55,981 bases of DNA from Nemertoderma westbladi. Taxonomy: Eukaryota > Animalia > Xenacoelomorpha. The stretch is taken from contig JAUCBJ010000841.1 of assembly GCA_032718475.1 (NCBI GenBank), positions 1-55,981 on the forward strand, given 5' to 3'. The notes below the pieces were generated by a model. The model did no database searches. It saw nothing but the letters and a program-made list of their open reading frames with translations, and was not told the DNA's origin. Of the stretch, positions 48,401 through 55,981 are shown piece after piece. The position numbers and the translations under genes were made by a program. Each line of letters begins with the position of its first letter. The stretch's first letter is position 1.

Positions 48401-50401
48401 ACTTTCCCTTACTGTGCCCTTGAAATGCTGAACAGTCTCCTGCATCTGCCCGAGCAGGAGATCCATCCCCCGCCGTCTCTCGTCCACCCATTCGACCGCC
48501 GAAGCGGGAGTCGCCAACGTTGTAGCGGGCGGACGAGGGACAACGGGCGACAAATCATGAATATTTCGCTCGGGGTCCAGGACCTGAACTGTCTCCTGGG
48601 CAGTTCTACTGGGCACAGTTAGCTTAGTGCTATGCAGAGGGAATTTAGAGGTAGCTTCAGGGAGCACAGGTGTGTCTATTAACGAAGGGGTGATTTCAAG
48701 AACAGGCCTAATTATTTCAGGCTCATCTACTATAGTAGGGAGTCTTTCTATTTTAATTATTTGGTCTGTGGGTTCTGTACTACCTAAGTTGGTGCTATTT
48801 AGTTGCCTTCTAACAGCTGGAGGCAAATCAGGCAATTTCTGACGGTGGGATGTTCTTCTACGTCTGCTTAGACGAGATCTATTTCCTTTGCCTTCAGTAT
48901 CGGTGGTATCACCTTCCTCAGATGATGTATATCCCTGTCGTTTGGGAGTAGATCGACTCATCATCTGCATATTACTAGCTGTTAACTGTTTATTTATGCA
49001 GTCTTGATTCTCCTGAATGTTTTCCAATTCTAATTGGGTGGTTTCTTCGGAAGCTCTCCGTTCTGCTTCTGCTACTGCCTCGGCCGCTGTTACAGCCGCC
49101 TTTCTTTCCGCTTCGGCCGCTGCCGCTGCCACTTTTCTTTCGGCTTCTGCCTCTGCCTCTGCCGCTGCCACTGCCGCTTTTCTTTCTGCTTCTCCCGCTG
49201 CCACTGCTGCTGCCACTGCCGCTGTCTTTCTGTCTTCTATACGTTTTTCCTTTACTTGTTCTTCTTGAACTCTTGTGATGCGGAGTTGTTCATCAAATTT
49301 AGCTTGATTCGCAGCTAACATTTCCGCATCGATGGCATCCAACACACGCTGAGTTCCTTCACTATTAGGGCTAAGTCCATCTAACCTTCTCCTCAACTCT
49401 TCATCACCTAAAAAACGTTGATAGTCTGACAGATAGATGTCAATGGCATCCCTCTTATGCGGCTTCTCTGCCGTCGCTTCACTTTCCACTTGGGAAAAAG
49501 TAGCGTCTGTTGATTCTCCATGGGTTGAGCGCTCCTCCAGCTGAGCTTTCCACTGAGCTGTTCCTTGAACCTGGAGACTCACCCGTTGAAACCAAGTCTT
49601 TACGGCAACTTGCAACGACGTGTCTTGTCTTCGTTTAGAAGCCTCCTCAAAGGCCGATAATATTAGCCTGATTCGTAGAATTCTTTCTCTAACTTGATAA
49701 AGCAGTTGTCCCTGCTCTTGAGGTCCTTGTGGTTGTTGAAACAGTTGTCCTTTTACTCGCTCCATAGAGCTGAAGAATCCCTGTGCGTATCCGGCTGCGG
49801 ACCTCTTCCACACAGCTGGATCTATGGTTTCCTTGGCTACTCCCATCCGGTGTATGTCTTCCCAGGCAGCTTCTGATAAATCAAACGGGAGTCCGGGTCC
49901 GGGGAAGTTCCATTGCGACTCGACAATAGACTTCAGTTCTTCCCTCGTGTATCCCGCATAACTATCTTTAGTTGATCGCTGACTTCTCGCCCAATCGATT
50001 TGGTGTTCTTCCACCGCAATCAATAACCTAGTGAGTACGGCTGCAGGAAGGATGAGAAGGGGATCCGAATAAACCGCATCCATCATCTTTGCTCCGCGTT
50101 CGGGTGTCAGCTCTACAGTATCCTCACTACTGGAGCTGTTGGGCCGTTGAGAAATAAGTTCTTGGCTCGCGGGTTGTTGCTGTTCTGCTGCTTCTTGGTC
50201 CCGCTTGACCTGAGCTCGAGTGCCTATGATAGACCTACGATGTTGGACCAGCCTAGGTTCTGTTATTACTACTGGAGGGATGATCTTCCTCACAGTAGGA
50301 GGTAAACTGAACTTAGGTCTAGACGGTTCTACACCTCTATCTGAGTCACAGATAGTTACATCTAATAAACTGTCTGACAGGTTCTGCTTAGTATCAGACA
50401 T
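45458..50401 (-). CDS. BEL/Pao Gag-protease polyprotein with internal deletion of RT/RNase H and no integrase
   Basis: DUF1759-like gag (KFNGDEMKWLPF..LSNGEKLRFL..WDTLNIRYGN); BEL triple Cys/His knuckles (CVLCDGPHRLNAC, CYNCLRRGHQRRTC, CAKCGAKHHILLH); protease ALLDSGS and RTRVGWYLTG; then directly the RNase H tail WRYCPKKFNPTDIASRG and YSSWNRL. No YxDD or DDE motifs. Confidence 0.9.
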   Translation of the reverse strand: MSDTKQNLSDSLLDVTICDSDRGVEPSRPKFSLPPTVRKIIPPVVITEPRLVQHRRSIIGTRAQVKRDQEAAEQQQPASQELISQRPNSSSSEDTVELTPERGAKMMDAVYSDPLLILPAAVLTRLLIAVEEHQIDWARSQRSTKDSYAGYTREELKSIVESQWNFPGPGLPFDLSEAAWEDIHRMGVAKETIDPAVWKRSAAGYAQGFFSSMERVKGQLFQQPQGPQEQGQLLYQVRERILRIRLILSAFEEASKRRQDTSLQVAVKTWFQRVSLQVQGTAQWKAQLEERSTHGESTDATFSQVESEATAEKPHKRDAIDIYLSDYQRFLGDEELRRRLDGLSPNSEGTQRVLDAIDAEMLAANQAKFDEQLRITRVQEEQVKEKRIEDRKTAAVAAAVAAGEAERKAAVAAAEAEAEAERKVAAAAAEAERKAAVTAAEAVAEAERRASEETTQLELENIQENQDCINKQLTASNMQMMSRSTPKRQGYTSSEEGDTTDTEGKGNRSRLSRRRRTSHRQKLPDLPPAVRRQLNSTNLGSTEPTDQIIKIERLPTIVDEPEIIRPVLEITPSLIDTPVLPEATSKFPLHSTKLTVPSRTAQETVQVLDPERNIHDLSPVVPRPPATTLATPASAVEWVDERRRGMDLLLGQMQETVQHFKGTVRESRLELQKVQQSIALERDKLVNTQKGIPPPPVTMCQPVRSEVSHAQGVEPTCIYTASEVETPIVNPIKGNYKPVDNDISSRLDNNPRKLYTDNSLFNNTMAQESFTRQMARTEARQAVKVGEIVKFNGDEMKWLPFNEYYKDNIQNSVLSNGEKLRFLIECLEGPPKSMALKFIGHPDGLRQVWDTLNIRYGNRNNIAGYLYAKLVAPRKFISSGIIEFSDEIQEICRQLDWLGKSHEYQSAMVIRAVASTLPKGGVGTRWDKKVLYMMEQQQRDPTMADLMSFLDSEVKLQLIKQSREKTAESKVSEKPVSRRRITPVCYTDDGESQTSQGEDSGKDTDRSYYVNKMPKDQVSKSKSRPNDRREPVQKTPPTSPKRIQVRKPEERTSVHHIAQVKVSNIKPKCVLCDGPHRLNACDKFLRKSLKDRREVMWDKWLCYNCLRRGHQRRTCYSDARCAKCGAKHHILLHTEFERNSPSQVSESELHVQFSDVNDTDQSEMEGFYTDEFSDQNESCYLINTTAVYRALVHEKDTDSDLTLTTSDQQPSWKAPTSNIGIREFPVVQLRVHGPQKSYIVNALLDSGSTGTFIDKELAEVIFAGQPKFRTKLNMSGIMQVWNSTVAADYYIGELSTPQDKLGEYSIRSVKMVAIKNFATTQVEPYNWDEDDHVQQLNIPRFDTDYPGVQILIGQNAHEALETLEKRPAQPQPLQTYAVRTRVGWYLTGPSRRTLRERLLQDRVRQVSEWEDDTSEGDDPTEGTPYSSDNDDISSNVDQWRYCPKKFNPTDIASRGATPQELTDTTDRLGEPDFLSKEDEWPPHLTPTEIRPAKGAEKVKPKTRTGGAELFEPGIDLSVLHIARDDAVDLDLPTASGSFMKIRESDWSSGTSDVSQGLSPLLQGATDHYSSWNRLCKAVVYLERCFYRHYSRTKRKPGIVFGMQRLNRPAGRLCLPEGNGGLSGNCGRQDSLPTTTSLILQTSRDSIT

Positions 50402-51753
50402 GTTTATGGATACAGTTGAATGCCTACTGCTATATTACAGTCTAAGTAAGTCTAGTAATTCAGTATTAACTGCTAGCCTAGTAATTAATTACCGATACTG
50501 CTACTCAGTGTAGCGTGATATATATAATATATTAGAATACCGGTATGCTTATAGTATATATAAGTATTATTACAGACTAGGTTTATCACAGAATACCGGT
50601 ATAATTTTAGCACAAATATATATAAATATATAATAGGCCTATCGGGAATACCGGTATACAGCTTACAGTTTGTAGTATATATAAGTATAATTCTGGACTA
50701 GAATTAATTATAAAGTACCGGTATAATTTCAGCCTAAATTTATAGAAATAAAGATAATAGGCCTATCGTAAATACCGGTATATCAATTATTTTAAATAAT
50801 TGAATTTCTGAATTTTAGGGTTACTTGGTTACTTTACTTACTTTATTACCGTTATTTGAGCAGTAGTCCAACTGATATTGAGACCTAATGGTTGTATGGT
50901 AGGCCTACTATTTATAAATCGTTAGATTTGATTTATAATATATATATATATATACCCGTTTTAATGGGTTTTGTCAATGTTTGAAATAAATGTTATTATT
51001 TCTGGGGAATAATCACTACACAAAGCGGTGCGCTTTCAGTGAAGTGTTACTTATAGGACACTAAAACAAATAATTCTAATTTACCTAAGTTACTTAATAC
51101 TACAAATTACGTACAATTCGGGTGAGATTACAATCTCTAAATAAACACAAAAATTTACAAAAAACACAAAATACGAATTTTCAGGGTAATTTTACAAGAA
51201 GTCTACAAACCAGCCTAACAAAGGGTTAGAAATCTGGTTATTACAACGGACAGGGTACTACGGTATTTGAAAATAATAAGTAGTAGTAAATACACTGCGT
51301 TGTCCAGATAGGAAAATACCACCGCCTGACGACCTATAGCCGTATCGCTATAGGTACTACGTTATGTATCACGGAGTGCAGGAGTGTCCCTACCTAGAAG
51401 TTAATAGAGCTAATCGAACGTGCCTATCAACCACTTTACAACACAAATATAATGCCTACACTAATTACTTTCGGAAAGCACTGTACACTAAACCCTAAAT
51501 TAGGTACGAGTACTTGTACAACAGATAATCAGTAGTTAAATATACTTGAACAGCTAAAAGAACCACGGCATCTGCTGGAGTGACCGGTGCACAAAATCAC
51601 CAGTCTTTACCTACGCCAAGCAGCCCGTGTAGTACCGGGGTTAATTTAACTATAACGGTATGTATAACAAACACAATTACCGTAGGAACAAACTTGGGGA
51701 ATGAATGTTGCGAATAATCGCATAAACTCTGAATAATAAATATTACGCTACGC

Positions 51754-53312
51754 CCCAGGTAGCACAGGACGTCCACGAAAGAAATTGAACGTTCATATTT
51801 GGTACTTTTTTTATGCGAATCTGAACATCAATGAAATATTGTTCAAAATAGGTAACAATTGCTGACGTTGTGAGTAATTTACCAAATTGTGACGTTCACA
51901 TTAGGTAATTTAACGTCCTAACTTTAAAGAAATTTAATATGTACCAAAACAAACAAATATTGAACGTTCAAATTGCGTCCAGTTATGCGTTCATTTCTTT
52001 GTACCTAAATATGTACGTTGTTTGAACATTTATGAACGTTCAAACATAATTTACTTTAACTTGTTATGTCAATGGCATGTTCAAACTTGTTCGTGATACA
52101 ATTATCTGACTATTTATTATTGTGCAATTATTTTTTATGTTGGTTAGCCTATTCCTTGTATGGTTGGTGTGGTTCCGCTTAGTTATATCTGGACTAATGG
52201 TTCATTCTCAATACAAAACAATTACTTTAAGTAATCGAAAAATTATTCACACAACAAAACATTGATAACCAATACAATGCTGACGCATTTTTAAACATTT
52301 TAAACAACAAATAACATCAAAATTAGACAAAGGTGATTCTACTGATTACTAAAGCTAATACACTAGTACCGTATGTCACGAAAAATTGTAATAAAATTAT
52401 TAGAATATATTAGGCCTATTGAACCAAGAAAATAACAAACAAAGAAAACCGCAAAAGTTTGTCTATTTTGATACCAACTGACCAAATACCATTACATTTT
52501 GTTGAGATAAATCGGATATATGGGCGTTGGAATGTTCAAACTTCTATCATGCGTAGGGTAATTTTTTTAATCGCAAAACATTATTTTTTATTTTACAAAT
52601 TTATCATATTATATAAACCTTTCTTACGTTTCAATTGCTTTTTGTATGTATTATTGCCTTATTGCATAGATAAAAAATTTCAAATATCAATTATAAGGTC
52701 ATAAAATTAATGAATTTTTTTAAGATTCATCAATATGAATAATCTATTTTGGCTGGAAATAAGATAAAATACAGAAATCTAACTAATCCAATGCGAATTT
52801 GTGGATCATCACCATAATATATCATGGATACTCTTATATCACTATCGATTAAATAATTTCATATATACTCTGATGCTTCCTTCTCTAAATGTATAGGGTA
52901 TTGTAGGTGTAGGGCCGTAGGATAGGGTGTAGGGATTGGATAAGGTAGGCTAACCCCCCCCCCCCCCCCCTCCCCCCCTCCCCTCTCTACACAGAACATG
53001 CACCAACAAACAGTGATTGGTTGGTCTCACGTTAAATTTTTACGTTTATTCAACCTAATATGGACCTATAACACACCAGAAATGAACGTCTAGTGAACAC
53101 GTCATTTGAACATAGATTGCCTGTGGTCTCTTTTACGTTCAATTGCCCGTTCATATTACGGTACTTCTGACGGCCAACTTTGAACTATTGAACGTTTAGC
53201 ATCAATAGCATCTTATGGGAGAAATACAACGTCATATGAACATAAATCCAGAACGTCTGGACGAATAATGAACGTAAATTTACCGTAAATTTACGTATTT
53301 GTGCTACCTGGG
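51754..53312. mobile_element. Non-autonomous CACTA/EnSpm-type DNA element nested in the LTR element leader
   Basis: TIR CCCAGGTAGCACA...TGTGCTACCTGGG; 2-bp TSD GC (51752-51753, 53313-53314); repeated subterminal TGAACGTTCA-like palindromes. Confidence 0.85.
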
Positions 53313-53315
53313 GCG

Positions 53316-53870
53316 TACAAACTACTCAAACAAAATGCAGACTAAATACTGACAGACTACTATCAAGCCTAAATAAACTACAGGCCATGCAGACTCCGAA
53401 ATGGTTAGGTAGTATGCGTGCTAACCCAGTAGTACGACTTATTCTTTAGATGGGGGTTTACCTTACAGCTTTGGCTGCCCCTACTTCCTAGCCGTTCTTT
53501 ATCGGACAGAGGCTCTACACACACTGCAATCCTTCAGACCTAATAACAGCCAGACAACTATCCAGCCTACAAATTATCTAAATAAATATTATACGCTACC
53601 TGTACAGACTACACAAACAAAGTACAGACTAAACGATGGCAGACTACTCTCAAGCCTAAATAAACTACAGGACATGCAGACTCCGAAATGGTTAGGTAGT
53701 ATGCGTTCTAACCCAGTAGTACGACTTATTCTTTAGATGGGGGTTTACCTTACAGCTTTGGCTGCCCCTACTTCCTAACCGTTCTTTATCGGACAGAGGC
53801 TCTACACACACTGCAATCCGTTCAGACTTAACAACAATCAGACAACAGCTCAGCCTACAAATTGTCTGTA
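53316..53870. repeat. About 287-bp tandem duplication in the retrotransposon 5' leader
   Basis: CAAGCCTAAATAAACTACAGG...CTACACACACTGCAATCC occurs twice (about 53364-53532 and 53651-53819) with few differences. Confidence 0.9.
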
Positions 53871-54135
53871 CAATCTGATCAGGCTTACACGCCTTCTGTT
53901 CAATACTGGCCTACAAACAAATAAAACTTGACAGAAATAAGTAAAAATCTCAATAAAAAACCAGGGCTGCAGTCCCTGATTAATTATTAAGGCCTACCGG
54001 TATATAATTATCAAAATCGAATAATACTGCTGTACCTGTACTGCTGTAGGTACCGGTCCGGGTGGTTAGGTAGTCAGGCCTACTGGGTACCGGTTGCCGG
54101 TACTTCAGCTTTATTGCCTACTGCAATACAGAAGC

Positions 54136-54147
54136 TATATCCGTTAT
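54136..54147 (-). other. Non-canonical primer-binding site, complementary to the element's own LTR
   Basis: Minus strand ATAACGGATATA directly follows the 5' LTR, with no TGG. Its complement TATATCCGTTAT is in both LTRs on the sense strand (54875-54886, 41923-41934). Confidence 0.6.
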
Positions 54148-55348
54148 TGTTCGCGCTTTCAGACCTTTGGCAGTTTAACCCGCCAAATTAGGATGTCTTC
54201 TAGATAATAAATCGCTTTTAGCCTCTGACAAGTATTTGATTCACTACACTAGTTGAAACCAATCTGTGCGCGATCATTCACCCGTTGGATATACCCGGGA
54301 GATTGATTTCGACAGCTTAATCGTATTGCTATGTAAGCCTAATGTATTATTCGACTGACAGTATTATATAATCTCTGACAATATTATTCACCTTCGGGAA
54401 ATATTAACAGTTCCTTTAGGACGTGGCGCTCTATCTATATAAACAGAGCTATGACTTAAACTACTCGCAACGATATGGCTTAGTTACAATTCACATATAT
54501 GGCGCATTCTTTAGGAAATGCTTCGTTATCAGTCTCACTCATACACAATGCTGCACAATACTGCACACTGATCTGCCGATCTTCACTGATTTTAGTCACA
54601 TATAAAAGGAACACGGACCGAATCATGTAGGGTCTATCAAATAACATTAGATTCACTTCAAACCACTTTAACATAAGTCACAATCGTTATATGTAACCTT
54701 TCTCTCTTACCTTCGGTATATCAAGAATATTGGGTTTCGGGGTTATTTCTCGTTATTCCAAATATAATAATTCATCAACAAATATAATGAATAACCGACA
54801 GCAAAGCAGTAATGTTAAGTTAAGTTGCACAGTATGGGCAGTTAACCAGTGTTAACATGCAGTGAGTTACCCAGATAACGGATATATGTCCTTATAATTA
54901 AGCCTACTAGTGTTAGGCTAAAGCAGAAAAGCACAAAATATTCCAAAGCCGTTCTTCCTTGGCTCAGGACTGAATGATAACACTGCCCATAAAGCATTGC
55001 GTGATTTCTAGGAAATTTCTGTACAAGAGCAGTAAAAACGCTCTGATTGGTTGACTGAACTGAGAGACGCCGTAGAACAAAGAAAATCGACACGTATGAA
55101 TATCAGCTGTTAACCGTCGTCATAGTAACTACTGTTCAAGAGTATCTCGCCCCTTTTGCGTCACGGAATTGCCATAGAATCATCAACTATGCCTTCCACA
55201 GTACACATACGGAAGAAATAGCTCTTAGATCCTCTAAAAACACCGATACAGCAATAATACGGCCTCTTACGCCTATTAAACCAACTACAGAGTATTTTAC
55301 GGGAAAAATAAGGAAAAATAACCGGGCAATTCAGCAAAAGCTTTTACA
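54148..55348 (-). repeat. 5' LTR (1201 bp)
   Basis: Near-identical to 41188-42396; main difference is a small indel cluster near 54840-54865. Confidence 0.95.
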
Positions 55349-55464
55349 CCTGCGGTGTGGTGCATACTTTCAGTCCTCAGTGCAGTGGCTCAGACAAGGC
55401 CATCTCAGTGATACTACATACACAGTCTGCATACTCAGTGATAACTGACCAAGCTGCCTATATG

Positions 55465-55600
55465 AAAAGGAAACCTGGTCAGGGGAGACCAGGTGGAAAG
55501 GAGACCTGGTCAGGGGAGACCAGGTGGAAAGGAAACCTGGTCAGGGGAGACCTGTTGGAAAGGAATACTGGTCAGGGGAGACAAGGTGGAAAGGAAACGG
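55465..55600. repeat. About 31-bp purine-rich tandem repeat (GGAAAGGAAACCTGGTCAGGGGAGACCAGGT), about 4 copies
   Basis: Visible tandem units. Confidence 0.8.
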
Positions 55601-55609
55601 GCTGAGACT

Positions 55610-55981
55610 CCTATCTAGGGCGTCACATTTATACAAAATATGACTTTCGACTTCAATTTCGCCCGACTTACATAGACAACATATTCTATCTTCTAAGGGT
55701 TTGCCCTGATATCGACCCACTTCAATACCCAACAGCAAAACACCGGACCGAAAACTGCGCCATGATTGACCGTTCACTGTGGTTGATTTTTGACTTAACA
55801 TAAAGTTCTGTCTTAAAGTTCGTTTTAAATAACTTGTAAGTACGCAGTTTCGGTTTAAGTAATACACTTGACGCCCAGATATTTGAAAAATAGTCTGTAC
55901 AATGCTTATCCAAAATTATCTAGATCACATTAGATACAGCTAGTGTATATGTCATATAAATTCAACAATTTGAATACATTA
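55610..55981 (-). mobile_element. C-terminal fragment of an RTEX-like LINE ORF2
   Basis: KPKLRTYKLFKTNFKTELYV..RSIMAQF (frameshift) RSGVLLLGIEVGRY..RICCLCK..EVESHILYKC, a C-terminal CCHC knuckle region. Confidence 0.75.

Larger units (their letters stand above)
41188..55348 (-). mobile_element. Non-autonomous BEL/Pao LTR retrotransposon, 14.2 kb
   Basis: Two direct 1.2-kb LTRs with TG...CA ends; 5-bp TSD CCTGC (41183-41187, 55349-55353); BEL-type gag-protease ORF on the minus strand. Confidence 0.95.

Overview
AT-rich, repeat-dense animal (probably invertebrate) genomic DNA with spliceosomal introns; it is not prokaryotic. Two host genes are present. SEC63 is on the + strand with 2 coding exons (6327-7532, 8297-9406; 771 aa). 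An EHD/Past1/RME-1 family ATPase is on the - strand with 3 recognisable exons (30783-30057, 25009-24816, 23877-23713), and its C-terminal EH-domain exons were not found in the window. The rest is mostly mobile DNA and minisatellites: an apparently intact CR1/L2-group LINE, decayed RTE, Penelope, CRE-like and RTEX-like fragments, several MITEs, a CACTA/EnSpm-type non-autonomous element and at least seven tandem arrays. The most notable element is a 14.2-kb BEL/Pao LTR retrotransposon (41188-55348, - strand, 5-bp TSD CCTGC, near-identical 1.2-kb LTRs). Its single 1647-aa ORF keeps Gag and protease but lacks RT and integrase. In place of a tRNA primer-binding site it has a 12-nt sequence perfectly complementary to a site inside its own LTR, suggesting Tf1-like self-priming. 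A second oddity is a 31-bp minisatellite made of about 25 copies of the EHD exon-3 splice donor. All calls come from reading the sequence by eye; no searches were run.
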